This document shows, one piece after another, positions 39,932 through 53,266 of a stretch of DNA of 64,000 nt (position 1 is its first letter; each line of letters starts with the position of its first letter). The DNA lies in contig CAWHCF010000044.1 of the NCBI GenBank assembly GCA_963827655.1, positions 96,001-160,000 on the forward strand, in the 5' to 3' direction. The notes under the pieces are model-generated. The model was not told where the DNA came from. It saw only the letters and a list, made by a program, of their open reading frames with translations, and did no database searches. Made by a program: the position numbers and the translations under genes. The stretch is from an uncultured Acidobacteriota bacterium (lineage in GTDB: Bacteria > Acidobacteriota > UBA6911).

Positions 39932-40980
39932 ATGACCCTCGAAAAACAATTTCTGTTTATCATAGGCGCCCCGAGAAGCGGAACTACGTGGCTGCAGGCC
40001 ATGGTGGGCGCGCATCCTTCAATCTGTACCACGGACGAGCTTAAAATCTTTGATTTTTTCACCGGTCCGTGGGGAAAGTCCTGGCAACAGCTCCTCAAGT
40101 TGCAAAAAGACGGCCGAGGGGCCCGGCGACATGGTTTGACTGGTGTCTGGTCGGAAGATGAATTCCGTGATTTCTTGAGGGAGTTTCTGGAGCGCGTATA
40201 TGCCCGTGTTCTGCAGAAGAAACCGGAGGCAACCGTCATCCTCGACAAGACTCCTGGATACTCTGACTACGTGGAGCACATCAACTGGCTCATCCCTCAG
40301 GCTAAGTTCATTCACCTGATCCGCGACGGACGGGATGTTGTTGTATCACTCCAGGCGGCGTCCCAGGGCTGGGGAAAAATGTGGGCACCCAAGAAAACCG
40401 AATCGGCCGCGCCCTTGTGGAAGTCAACGCTCCTGGCAGCCCGAAAGGGTCAGCAGTACGGGGATCGGTATCTGGAGGTGCGGTACGAGGATCTCTTGAC
40501 CAACGGCGCCCAGATACTCTCCTCGATATTCGAGTTTGTCGGCGTACCAATGAAGCCTGTGGATGCGGCCGCGATTTTTCAAGAGCATCAGTTCCAGAAG
40601 ATGAAAAAAGAACGGAGCCGGCGTTCAAAACTTTGGATTGCCGGAGGGCTTCTTCCGTAAAGGTCAGGCCGGAGACTGGCAAAATTCGCTGAAACCCAAC
40701 CAGCGTTATTCCATCCATGATACGGCGGGCGATCTGTTGTGCGAACTCGGGATATGCCCGCGATTCATGGTGGGTCGAGCGTTGGCACCAGCGTTTTACG
40801 CTGCCCTTGCTCGCCATGCTCCATAGCCGGAAGCGGATGCGGTTAAAGACCTTGTATGCAATCAAGCGCGCTCTGGGTCCGGTCTGGATCGAACGGATCC
40901 GGACCGCGCGGACGCGGGTGAGACCGCGCCAGATGGGTAGTGAACAGTACAAAGCGGGAGGGCGCGCAGCAACGCCGTAG
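39932..40980 (+). CDS. PAPS-dependent sulfotransferase (frameshifted near 40620 and 40755)
   Basis: FIIGAPRSGTTWL (5'PSB), DKTP, IRDGRDVVVS (3'PB), VRYEDL, FFRKGQAGDW. Confidence 0.92.
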
Positions 40981-40988
40981 AGGACGGA

Positions 40989-41859
40989 TTGACCAAGTTA
41001 AGTATCATCATCCCCTGCTTCAATGCATCCGAGGCTATCGCAGCGCAACTCGAAGCCCTGGCCGGACAAGAATGGTCCGAGTCCTGGGAGGTCATTGTCG
41101 CGGATAACGGTTCAACCGATCAGTCACTCGCAATAGTCGAGCGCTATCGCGAGACTTTTACCGAATCTCCGTGTTGTCGATGCATCCGGCCGACGGGGCG
41201 CCGCTCACGCGCGCAACGAGGGGGCAAAGGTGGCTGAAGGAGAGTCGATCGCTTTCTGCGACGCGGACGATGTGGTGGCTCCGGGGTGGTTGGCCGCCAT
41301 AGGCGAGGCCCTTTCCAGGTACGATTTCGTCGCCAGCCGTTTTGATACTGAGAAGCTGAATGACCCCTGGGTCCAGGCAAGTCAGGCAAACCCGCAACAA
41401 GATGGGGTGCAAAAGGCCTGGTATCCTCCCTATCTGGCGCATTCGGGCGCGAGCGGTCTCGCAGTCAAAAGGGGATTCCATGAAGCTGTCGGCGGCTTCG
41501 ATGAAACCTTGCCCGTATTGGAAGATACCGACTATTGCTTCAGAGTCCAGCTGGCCGGGCCCGAGCTTCATTTCGTACCCGAAGCCACGGTGTACGTCCG
41601 GTACCGTAACGAATTAGGGAACATGTTCCGCCAGGCGCGCCTGTGGGCCGAGTACAACGTCCTGATGTACAAAAAATACCGGCCGTCGGGGATAAGAATG
41701 GCACATCCCTGGAAGCGATATATGAAGGCCTGGAAGATTTTTCTCCTCTGTCACCTCAAGATTCATCGGCGGGGGGGGCGTGCTGAATGGGTGTGGCGTC
41801 TTGGATGGCAACTGGGCCGGTCGCAGGGTAGCTTGAAATACCGGGTCCATCCAATCTGA
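40989..41859 (+). CDS. Glycosyltransferase family 2 (frameshift near 41158)
   Basis: SIIIPCFNA, ADNGSTD, ARNEG, FCDADD, GGFDE...EDTD. Confidence 0.9.
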
Positions 41860-41870
41860 CCGGCCTAGAT

Positions 41871-41906
41871 TCTTAGTGTTTCTTCGTGCTTTCGTGTCTT
41901 AGTGGT
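41871..41906 (-). repeat. Short intergenic repeat family (CACTAAGACACGAAG-like)
   Basis: Reverse complement reads ACCACTAAGACACGAAAGCACGAAGAAACACTAAGA. Related to 51020-51042 and to the arms at 47448-47501. Confidence 0.55.
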
Positions 41907-41914
41907 ATTTGTTG

Positions 41915-42725
41915 ATGTCCAAAGTCGAAAGAGAAGCTTCGATTCTCCACACGAACCTCGCCCGGGGGAAACGCGCCCTCAGCTGGTACGGCAGCGCCAT
42001 CCTTCAGCGATTGTTCGGTCCCCCGGGGCAGGCCCTTCTCGGTACGATCACGCATGTGGCGACGCGAGAGAACGTAGCGGCACTGACGTTCGACGATGGG
42101 CCGCATCCTGACTACACCGTCCGGCTTCTGGATATTCTGGAGACGGCATAATGCGCGCGGGACCTTCTTCATGCTGGGCGAGTCGGTCCAGAAGTATCCG
42201 GAAATCGTCCGGCGAGTAGCGCAGGGCGGACACGCCATCGGCAATCATTCGTGGGATCACCCGTCGTTTCCGCTGATCAGCAGCCGGGAACGGCGCCGTC
42301 AGATGCGCGCCTGGGAACGGGCCGCGGCCCCTTACGCCAGCCGAATTTTTCGTCCTCCCTACGGTGAGCAGAGCCTGGCATCACGTCTTGATGCGCTGTG
42401 GCTTCGGTATGAAGTCATTGCCTGGAACGTGGACGTCGGCGACTGGTGGGATCGCGACGCGCAGCGAATGGCCAACCTTCTGGTGAATCGAGTGAAACCG
42501 GGGAGTGTGATTACCATGCACGATGTTCTCCATCAACGCACCGATGCAGAGAAAAGGCCCAAGCTTACGCGCGAACCTTGTAGTGACAGAGAACCCATGC
42601 TGGCAGCTGTAAGTTCGTTCCTCGAACAGACGGCGGGCCAGTATCGTTTTGTAACAGTTCCGGAGCTGCTCCAGTATGGCCGTCCAAAACGGGAAAACTG
42701 GTACAGGACAACGCCGGCAAGTTGA
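41915..42725 (+). CDS. Polysaccharide deacetylase, CE4/NodB family (frameshift near 42143)
   Basis: LTFDDGP, GTFF, GNHSWDH, FRPPYG, MHD. Confidence 0.92.
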
Positions 42726-42786
42726 ATACGCAGTGTCAGGCCATGGAACTAGACAATCCGGCCTGGCTTAAAAGGAGACAATACGG

Positions 42787-43735
42787 ATGAGTGATCGTAC
42801 AGCCCTTGAAACCGCAACGGGTCAGCTCTTTGGCGGTCTGTGGGGCCCTTACAATGAACAGCTGTTCGAAGAGTCGGTCCAACTCTTCTTCAAGCGCCTC
42901 GAACTGGTACCCTTCCCGGAAGGCTGGTTCGAGAACAAGGTTTGCCTGGATGCCGGATGCGGCGGTGGACGCAACAGCCTTGCGATGGCGCGATTGGGCG
43001 CAAAAGACGTCGTCGGAATCGACCTGGGCGAAGAAGGACTGGCTGACGCCCGGCGCCGGGCGCAGCGAAATGGGCAAACGTGAAATTTCAGCATGCGTCC
43101 ATCATGGACATTCCTTTTGCCGATGGGACCTTTGACATGGTCTGGTGCGCCGGCGTCCTCATGATCACGGCCGACGAAAACCGGGCCTTGGATGAACTGG
43201 CTCGCGTGGTCAAGAAGGGGGGCTACCTTTATTTGCTTGTGTATGCCACCGAAGGCCTCCGCTGGCCCCTCATTGAGTGGCTGCGACCTTTGGCCGCTCA
43301 GATCGGCAAACCGGCCGTCGAGAATGCGATCAAGCTGGGAGGCCTGGCGGCGAACAAGCGGCGCACTTTCCTCGACGACCTCTTTTGTCCCAAACTCGAC
43401 TTCTATCACTGGGAACGCCTGCAGCGAATGCTGAAGAAGCGCGGTTTTCAAGAGATCGATCGGTGGGGCCCTCAGTGCCGCCTCGACCACGAGGCCGACC
43501 TGGAAAGCTACAGGAACGACTTGGAAGCGCTGCTGGCGATCTTCCAGGCCGGAGATCATGAAGATTTCGGGAAACTCCGCCCTCTCTTTCAAGCGGGCCG
43601 CGCCGGCGTTCAGGCCACAATTGATGGCATTCGGTGGTTTGAAGATTCCGTCGCGCGGGGCGAGATTTCCCTGAAGCAGCGATGAATCATGTGATCGGAC
43701 AGGGTCACCATCGCGTGCTGGCGGTGAAAGGGTAA
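42787..43735 (+). CDS. Class I SAM-dependent methyltransferase (frameshifted)
   Basis: CLDAGCGGGR, VGID, IPFADGTFD, ARVVKKGG. Confidence 0.88.
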
Positions 43736-43753
43736 GCAGGACAGAGGCTCCGT

Positions 43754-45527
43754 ATGTGCGGAATTTCCGGCATCGTGGGTCAGGGCTGGGAGCGATCGCA
43801 GCTCGCGGCCATGGTAGCGATCCAGCATCATCGCGGCCCGGACGAGAGTGATCTCTACGTGGATCCGTCCGCCCAGGCGGGTCTGGGTCACAACCGCCTG
43901 AGTATCATTGACCTCTCTTCGGCCGGGCATCAGCCGATGCCGAACCAGGACGGTACCCGGTGGATCGTTTTCAACGGCGAAGTCTATAACTATCTCGAAC
44001 TGCGCGCCGAACTGAGCGACTACCCGTACCGCAGCCAGACCGATACGGAGGTCGTGCTCGCCGCCTATGAACGCTGGGGTGAGAAATGTCTTGATCACCT
44101 CCTGGGCATGTTCGCGTTCTTGATCTGGGACAGCCGCGCACAGAGACTCTTCGTCGCGCGCGACCGATTCGGAGTCAAACCACTCTACTACCACCGGTCT
44201 GCGGATGGGTCGTTGCGGCTCGCGAGCGAGATCAAGGCTCTTCATTCAGCGGGCGTACCCGCGGAGCCTGATCTCGCAACGTGGGCCACATACCTTACCT
44301 ATGGCCTCTACGACCATTCGGAGCGGACTTTCTGGAATGGGGTCTCGCGCCTTACCGGCCGGTCACGCCATGACCTGGCAGGACGGCAGGCTGCGAATCT
44401 GGCGCTGGTACGATCTGGCGGAACAAGTCGGTCCCGAGCTGGACTCGCGGCCGACCGAGGTCGTCCACGAGGAATACCTGGCCCTGATGGCTGACAGCGT
44501 AAGACTCCGTTTCCGCTCAGACGTACCGGTTGGTATCAACCTCAGTGGCGGGTTGGATTCATCGATCCTGCTGGGCCTGGTACAGGCTGTTCAGGGGCGC
44601 GACAGCGAAGTCAAGGCCTTCACGTTCATCACGGGCGATCCCGAATACGACGAGCTGCCGTGGGTGCAACAGATGCTCGCCCGCACTCGCCACCCGTTGG
44701 AGGTCTGCCCGTTGAGATGGGAGGCCGTACCGGAGCTTGCGTGTTCGGTTCAGTACCACCAGGACGAGCCGTTTGGCGGTCTGCCAACGCTCGCCTATGC
44801 CTGTGTTTTCGAAGAGGCGCGCCGGCAAGGCGTGATTGTGCTGCTCGATGGCCAGGGGCTCGATGAGCAGTGGGCCGGCTACGAGTATTACCGTCGATTC
44901 CTTTCCAACGGCCAATCGCCTGCCGCCGAGTCTGTCGTAGGACCCGTCCAGGGAAGCCAAGACCGGTCGGTGCGGCCCGATTGCCTGACCGTCGAGTTTC
45001 GCGCGCAAGCGCGTCCTCTGGCGGAACCTGCACCATTCCCTGACCGGTTGCGGAACCGTCAGTACTTGGACGCGCACCTTACCAAGATTCCACGGGCACT
45101 CCGGTTTAACGACCGCATCTCCATGCGTTCCTCGACCGAGCTCCGCGAGCCTTTTCTGGATCACCGCATGTTCGAACTTGCCCTGCGCCAGCCGCCCGGG
45201 CGAAAGATCGCCAACGGCGTGCATAAGAGCTCCCTGCGCCAGATGACACAGGCGCTGCTACCCGAGAACATCGCTCAGGCGCCGAAGCGTCCGTTGCAGA
45301 CCCCTCAACGAGAATGGCTGCGAGGGGTGTTGAAGGACTGGGCCGGTGAATGCATCGACGCAGCCCTGGGCGCCTACGGAAACAGCTGGCTGAACCAGGC
45401 CGGAGTTCAAAGGTCCTGGAAGGAATACTGTGCGGGTATCAGCGACAACAGTTTTTACGTCTGGCAGTGGATCAATCTGGCGTTAATGAATTCCAAGGTT
45501 CCCGTCAAGATGCTCGGAGTTTCCTAG
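43754..45527 (+). CDS. asnB: Asparagine-synthase-like glutamine amidotransferase (frameshift near 44350)
   Basis: MCGISG, HRGPD, RLSIID, FNGEVYN, RDRFGVKPL, LSGGLDSS, DGQGLDE, DRISM, REPFLD. Confidence 0.92.
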
Positions 45528-45657
45528 CATCCTCCCACCTTCGTGGTCAGGAACCTTGTCGAAAAAAAACCGAAAGTACAGATTCAGTGAAACAACTCCT
45601 GCTCTCTTATATCTTTGTTGATGCTCAGAAACCTATTCCTCTTGGAGTGTGACATAA

Positions 45658-47427
<1,770 letters not shown>

Positions 47428-47447
47428 AATCAGGGACGTGATTTCGA

Positions 47448-47501
47448 GTCTTTGCGCCTTTGTGGTGGCTTTTGTTTCCCATACCGCAAAGGCGCGAAGA
47501 C
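47448..47501. repeat. 19-bp inverted repeat hairpin (REP-like, possible terminator or mRNA stabiliser)
   Basis: GTCTTTGCGCCTTTGTGGT...ACCGCAAAGGCGCGAAGAC, with two G-U-compatible mismatches, just after the sat stop. Confidence 0.7.
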
Positions 47502-47574
47502 ATGAGAGAGTTCTCCCGGCCCCTCCCCGTTTTAGGAACTTCCGATAAGATCGTCGAATTGTCATAATACTGCT

Positions 47575-49426
47575 ATGTCAACTTACATCCTGGGTATTTC
47601 GGCCTATTACCATGATAGCGCCGCGTGCCTGGTGCAAGACGGCCGGATCGTGGCGGCCGCGCAGGAAGAGCGGTTTACACGGAAGAAACACGACTCGCGG
47701 TTCCCGCATCAGGCATTGAGTTATTGCCTGCGCGAGGGTGGTGTTTCGCTGACGGATCTGCGCTACGTCGTTTTTTATGACAAGCCGCTGCTCAAATTCG
47801 ATCGTCTCCTGGAAACCTATGTGGCTTTCTCTCCGCGGGGGATTCGTTCTTACCTGGCGGCCATGCCGGTATGGATCAAGGAGAAGATGTTGCTGAAGAG
47901 CCTGCTGCAGAAGGAGCTCGCGGCGGTCTCCGGGGGCTTGAAAAAGTCCGCGCTTCCACCCATGTTGTTCACCGAGCACCACGAATCTCATGCGGCGTCT
48001 GCCTTCTACCCGTCACCCTTCGACCAGGCCGCGGTTCTTTGCATGGATGGAGTCGGAGAGTGGGCTACCACGTCTGCCTGGCTCGGTGACAAGAACCGCC
48101 TGACGCCTCTGTGGGAGATTTCCTTCCCTCATTCGCTGGGACTTCTGTATTCCGCCTTTACTTACTATACCGGGTTCAAAGTGAACTCGGGTGAGTACAA
48201 AGTAATGGGTCTCGCTCCCTACGGGAAGCCGAAGTATGTCCAGGCCATTTATGATCATCTACTCGACCTGAAGCCCGATGGAACGTTCCGGCTGAACATG
48301 GGCTACTTCAATTACTGCACCGGGCTGACCATGACGAACGGTAAGTTTGATGCTCTGTTCGATGGTCCTCCTCGCCGTCCCGAGAGCCCCTTGACGCAGC
48401 GCGAAATGGATCTCGCTCGCTCGATCCAGGAGATCACCGAGGAGGTCATGCTTCGCCTGGCCCGGACCCTCCAGCGCGAGACGGGCGCGAAAAACCTGTG
48501 CATGGCGGGGGGTGTGGCGCTCAACTGCGTCGGAAACGGCAGAATCCTGCGCGAAGGTCCGTTCAAAGGGCTATGGATCCAGGCGGCGGCCGGCGATGCG
48601 GGAGGGGCCGTGGGCGCTGCCCTCGCTGCATGGCACGAATACGATGGGAATTCCCAGAAACCCCGGCGATTCCATAGACGCGATGCAGGGAAGCTTCCTG
48701 GGCCCATCCTACACCAACGAAGAGATTGAACAGTTCCTTCGAAAAAAGGACGCTCCGTACGAACGGTTGAATGACGACGCGCTCTTCGAGCGGGTGGCGG
48801 ATGAGCTGGCCTCAGGCAAAGTCGTGGGTTGGCTTCAAGGCCGCATGGAGTTCGGTCCTCGCGCCCTGGGTGGACGCAGCATTCTGGGCGATGCTCGCAA
48901 CACCAAGATGCAATCGGTGATGAACCTCAAGATAAAATATCGCGAATCTTTCCGGCCGTTTGCTCCCTCGGTTCTACGGGAGCGGGTGTCGAAATATTTC
49001 GACCTCGACACCGACAGCCCCTACATGCTTCTGGTTGCCCCGGTGCTGGAGCAGCGCCGGACCTCAATGACCGAGGAACAAAAGACCCGGTGGGGAATCG
49101 AGCTATTGAATGTGCCTAAATCGGATATTCCCGCCGTCACACATGTGGATTATTCGGCGCGCATTCAAACCGTTCATGAGGAGACCAATCCGCGTTATTA
49201 CCGGTTGATCAAAGCGTTTGAGGCGAAGACCGGTTGCGGCGTCATAGTCAATACCTCATTCAACGTCCGGGGAGAACCTATCGTTTGCTCGCCTGAAGAT
49301 GCCTATCGCTGTTTCATGCGCACAGAGATGGACGTTCTTGTCCTCGAGAACTGTGTTCTGCGCAAGGCCGACCAAAAGCCTCTGGCCGGAGACACCGACT
49401 GGAAAAAAGAGTTCGAGCTTGATTAG
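47575..49426 (+). CDS. Carbamoyltransferase, NodU/CmcH/SxtI family, copy 2 (frameshift near 48650)
   Basis: ILGISAYYHDSAA, AQEERF.R.KH, HHESHAAS, SGEYK.MGLAPYG, MEFGPRALG, NTSFNVRGEP. Confidence 0.95.
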
Positions 49427-49446
49427 CGGTAAGCGAGGGTAGCGGA

Positions 49447-49842
49447 TTGCAGGAAAAAGTAAGCAATAAACAATTACGCCAGTTCGGCTTGCTGGTAGGC
49501 GGCATTTTTGCGGTCATCGGCCTGTGGCCTATGGTGCTGCGCGGACAGAATCCGCGGTTGTGGTCCCTCGTTCCGGCGGTGCTGCTGATACTTCCGGCTC
49601 TGGTGTATCCTCGCAGTCTGCGATTCGTACACCGCGGTTGGATGGTTATCGGCGAGGTACTGGGATGGATCAATACCAGAATCATCCTGGGTACAATCTT
49701 TTACACCCTGGTGACGGCGACGGGGCTGATAATGCGCCTTTCCGGGAAGGATCCGATGAATCGGAGATTAGATCCCCGGACCGACTCGTATCGGCACACG
49801 CGCGAACCGCGTCCCGCGTCACACATGAAACATCAATTCTAA
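49447..49842 (+). CDS. SxtJ-family membrane protein
   Basis: LRQFG, W..IG..LG.IN..IIL..IFY, GKDPM, ends QF. Follows the carbamoyltransferase. Confidence 0.88.
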   Translation: MQEKVSNKQLRQFGLLVGGIFAVIGLWPMVLRGQNPRLWSLVPAVLLILPALVYPRSLRFVHRGWMVIGEVLGWINTRIILGTIFYTLVTATGLIMRLSGKDPMNRRLDPRTDSYRHTREPRPASHMKHQF

Positions 49843-49868
49843 ACGAACTGTTGAAGGAGTGCCTGATA

Positions 49869-50021
49869 ATGGGCGAATTCATTCTGGAACTGTGGAGCTT
49901 CATGAAAGAGCGGAAGAAATTCTGGCTCCTGCCGATCATCATCTGCCTGATGCTGTTGGGTGGATTGATATTCTTTACCTCAGGTTCCGCCGTAGCTCCT
50001 TTTATCTATACGCTTTTTTAG
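49869..50021 (+). CDS. DUF5989/SxtK small membrane protein (50 aa)
   Basis: MGEFILELWSFMKERKKFWLLPII...GSAVAPFIYTLF. AAGGAG RBS upstream. Confidence 0.92.
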   Translation: MGEFILELWSFMKERKKFWLLPIIICLMLLGGLIFFTSGSAVAPFIYTLF

Positions 50022-50089
50022 TGACTCGAGGGGACTGCGGCCTCGACCGAGTGCCGGCAGTTCCTCCTCGCGTCTTCGTGGTTAGTGCT

Positions 50090-51025
50090 GTGAATTGGAA
50101 GTACAAGGCGCTGCTGCAAGGTTGTTTTTCCACCATACCGCTGGGCGAACCCCTGAACTATTTTTTCCAGAAACACGTTACCAAGACCCTGCCCCACCCG
50201 GATGCTAAGTTCGCCAGTATGGTATCGGTGGCCAAAACCCACCTTGATTTCCTCCGGCAGTACTGGCCGCGGCCGCTCAGCCAGGCCACGTTCTACGAGT
50301 TCGGCGCCGGGTGGGACATGGCCGTCCCGCTGACCTTTTATGCGCTCGGTGTGGACCGGCAGATCCTGGTCGATATCCGGAGGTTGCTGCGGCTCGAACT
50401 CGTTAACGATACCGTGGCGAAGTACCAGCGCCTCACCCTCGACGAGGAGATTGCGCGAAAACCTGGCTTCTACGTGAATGGCGGCCAGCGCGACCCTTCC
50501 GCTGTCCTGAAGGAACACTACGGCATTGAATACAAGGCCCCCTGTGACGCGCGCCACACCGGCCTTCCGACGGCTTCAATCGACTGTATTACATCGACCG
50601 ATACTCTGGAGCACATACCGCTGCCGAGTCTCCGGGCCATCCTGAAGGAATGCCATCGGCTGCTGCGTGATGACGGGGCGATGAGCTTTCAGATTGATTA
50701 TCAGGACCACTACTCCTATTTCGACAAGAACATTTCCGTCTATAATTTTCTCCAGTATTCTGACAGCGCCTGGAGGCTCTTCAGTCCGCCCTTGCAGTAC
50801 CAGAACCGCCTCCGCCATCGCGACTACGTGAGCCTCCTGGACCAGGCCGGCTTTGAAATTCTCGAGGAGCGCCGCCAGGATGGAACCGAATCCGATTGCA
50901 GGATCATTGAGCGGCTTCGGGTGAATCGAAGATTCAAAAACTATAGCGGGTCAGAGCTCGCCGTTCGTAAGGCCCTCCTGGTTGCGAGGAAGCGAAGCGG
51001 CGTCTCTGAAAGCAAAAGTCACTAA
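50090..51025 (+). CDS. Class I SAM-dependent methyltransferase
   Basis: YEFGAGWD, DTLEHIP, IDYQDHY, QNRLR. Confidence 0.82.
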   Translation: MNWKYKALLQGCFSTIPLGEPLNYFFQKHVTKTLPHPDAKFASMVSVAKTHLDFLRQYWPRPLSQATFYEFGAGWDMAVPLTFYALGVDRQILVDIRRLLRLELVNDTVAKYQRLTLDEEIARKPGFYVNGGQRDPSAVLKEHYGIEYKAPCDARHTGLPTASIDCITSTDTLEHIPLPSLRAILKECHRLLRDDGAMSFQIDYQDHYSYFDKNISVYNFLQYSDSAWRLFSPPLQYQNRLRHRDYVSLLDQAGFEILEERRQDGTESDCRIIERLRVNRRFKNYSGSELAVRKALLVARKRSGVSESKSH

Positions 51026-51042
51026 GACTCAAAGACACGAAG

Positions 51043-51918
51043 ATGGAAACCCTGGTCGACGCAAACGTGACAGTCCCCTGCCCGATCTGCGGCTCGGTAT
51101 CGGATTCGACTCTGATGTTGTTCAAGGGCTACAGAATCGCACGCTGCCTCAATTGCGACTTCATTTTTCTCAATCCGAGACCGGCGGAGGATCGACTGGT
51201 CGGACTCTACGCCAACCATCGGCAGAACCCTTATTTCGCAGAAGGTTACGAACCGGTTGAGTACGAGCTGCCCGTTCTGGCAAAGATTGTTCGCCAGATT
51301 GAAACTTACGTTCGGCAAGGACATCTCTTGGAAATCGGATGCGGACGTGGAGATTTCCTGAAGCTGGCGCAGACGCGAGGTTTCTCAGTCACCGGGTGCG
51401 ACATCTTTGGCGGCCAGAAACCCGCTTTGGACGGTATCTCGTTCTTTGACGGCACGTTGAAGGAAGCAGGATTCGGCGCCGAGTCGTTTGATGTTGTGGT
51501 GATTCGCAATGTTCTGGAGCATCTGTTCGATCCCAACTCGGAGATCAGGGAAATCAGAAGGATTCTGAAGCCGAACGGTCACCTGTATTTGAAAGTTCCC
51601 AACGTGGAATTTGAACACGGTTTTAATTGCCGGTTGGTCTTTGGGAAGGAACACGCATTTGAACCCCCGTACCATCTCAACTATTTCAGCCCGGCCTCCC
51701 TGCTGGCGTTTCTTGGAAAAGCCGGGTTCAGTTTCCGGTCCTGGTATCTGGAACAGCCAACTTTGACTCCTAAGTGGACCTCGAACTTGATCAGACAGAC
51801 CGGTTACAGAGTAATCCAGACTGTTTCGCTTCTGACCGGCGGCAAGAGTTTTCCCAAGATTCTCCTGTCGTGCGTGGCCCAGAAGAGAGAACCGGCAACC
51901 GGCTCAACTATCGGCTGA
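51043..51918 (+). CDS. Class I SAM-dependent methyltransferase with N-terminal Zn ribbon
   Basis: CPICGS...CLNC, LLEIGCGRG, VLEHL.DP, LKPNG, VPN, PYHLNYF. Confidence 0.9.
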   Translation: METLVDANVTVPCPICGSVSDSTLMLFKGYRIARCLNCDFIFLNPRPAEDRLVGLYANHRQNPYFAEGYEPVEYELPVLAKIVRQIETYVRQGHLLEIGCGRGDFLKLAQTRGFSVTGCDIFGGQKPALDGISFFDGTLKEAGFGAESFDVVVIRNVLEHLFDPNSEIREIRRILKPNGHLYLKVPNVEFEHGFNCRLVFGKEHAFEPPYHLNYFSPASLLAFLGKAGFSFRSWYLEQPTLTPKWTSNLIRQTGYRVIQTVSLLTGGKSFPKILLSCVAQKREPATGSTIG

Positions 51919-51943
51919 GTTCCATCACCGCTCGAGGCTCATT

Positions 51944-53266
51944 GTGCGCGTCACCTATTTGGGTCAGGCCTGCACCCTGATCGAAGTGGCAGGCAAGAAG
52001 ATCCTTACCGACCCCTGGCTTACCGAGGGCGCCTACTCCGGGACCTGGTTTCACACCCATCTTCTGGCGGAAGCCGGCGTCACTCCCGAGAGTTTCCCGA
52101 AGGACATCGACTACCTGTTCCTGTCCCATGAGCATGAGGATCACCTGGACCCCGAATCGCTCCGTCACTTTTCGGCCGATATTCCGGTGCTCATTTGCAA
52201 GTTCGCGACTCCGAAATTCCGGCATTACCTCGATAGCCTGGGTCTGAAAAGGATCCTGGAAATGCCGGCGGGCGAGAAGTTTGACCTGGGGGATGGCGCG
52301 TCGGCTACAGTTCTCGCCACCGCCGAATACACGAATGACGCGGCGCTTCTGGTCGAGGGCGAGGGATTCCGCGTGCTGAACGAAACCGATTGCAAGCTGG
52401 GCTACGCAGACTTGCAGCGGATCGGACAAAAGGGAATCGACATTGGCTTCTACATGTTTTCAGGCGCCAACTGGTATCCGATGATGTACGACTATCCGGA
52501 TCAGGTTCAGGTCGAGCTGGTTCGCCGGCGTCGGCAATCCCTGCTCCGGAGCCTGGTCCAGCGCGTGAAGCTGACGCGGCCCCGCGTCGTGGTTCCGGCC
52601 GCGGGACCGTGCACGGTGCTTGACCCCGAGCAGTTATGGCTCAATTCCGAGGACCGAGGCATTTTCATTGATCCGGAGGAGGCAGTCGCGGAATTGAAGG
52701 CGGCTGGTCTCCCAACGGAACCTGTTTATATGGCGGCAACCGATGTTTGGGACAGCGGTTCCGGGATCGAAAGGCATGCGCCGGAGGAGTTTCGCCGGCC
52801 CCGTCAAGATTACATTTACGCGGCATCAGAAAGGATGGCGCCGGAGATTCGCGCCCGTCGCGCTGCGGAAGCTCCCGCAGGAAGTGACCTGCCTGAGCGC
52901 CTGGTGCAGCACTTCAACGATCTGGTGGCTGCCCAGACCGAAGCGACCCGTTGCCGCGTTAACTCCAAACTCTTGCTGGAGATAACCGGTGACCATGGCG
53001 GAAGCTGGACCGTGGATTTCAAGTCCCGGGGGCCGGAATTCGTTCGCGAAGGCGCAGCGCCGGACTGGACTTACAAGATCGAGGTTGAGGACAAGCTGAT
53101 CTATCCTTTCCTGACCGGCCGCGCGTCTTTCTTTGAGCATCTTCTCTTGTCGCTACGCGCCCGCCTCGCGCGCCGCCCGGATGAATACAGTGAACCGCTC
53201 TACCATTTCCTTTACGAACCTGATCCTGAGAAATTGCACAACTGGTATGCCGCACATCGACATTAG
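51944..53266 (+). CDS. MBL-fold hydroxylase of the NamH(Rv3818)/CMAH family
   Basis: LGQA, LTDPW...AY.GTW, SHEHEDH, FSGANWYPMMYD, VVPAAGP...L.PE...LN, LLS.R..L.R...Y.E.LY.F. These blocks match mycobacterial NamH as I recall its sequence. Confidence 0.8.
   Translation: MRVTYLGQACTLIEVAGKKILTDPWLTEGAYSGTWFHTHLLAEAGVTPESFPKDIDYLFLSHEHEDHLDPESLRHFSADIPVLICKFATPKFRHYLDSLGLKRILEMPAGEKFDLGDGASATVLATAEYTNDAALLVEGEGFRVLNETDCKLGYADLQRIGQKGIDIGFYMFSGANWYPMMYDYPDQVQVELVRRRRQSLLRSLVQRVKLTRPRVVVPAAGPCTVLDPEQLWLNSEDRGIFIDPEEAVAELKAAGLPTEPVYMAATDVWDSGSGIERHAPEEFRRPRQDYIYAASERMAPEIRARRAAEAPAGSDLPERLVQHFNDLVAAQTEATRCRVNSKLLLEITGDHGGSWTVDFKSRGPEFVREGAAPDWTYKIEVEDKLIYPFLTGRASFFEHLLLSLRARLARRPDEYSEPLYHFLYEPDPEKLHNWYAAHRH

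Noticed and set aside
41771-41778. G8 tract as a phase-variation switch in the GT2 gene
   Set aside because: It is short and in frame (RRGGR), and it does not coincide with the gene's frameshift. The other frameshifts are not at long homopolymers.
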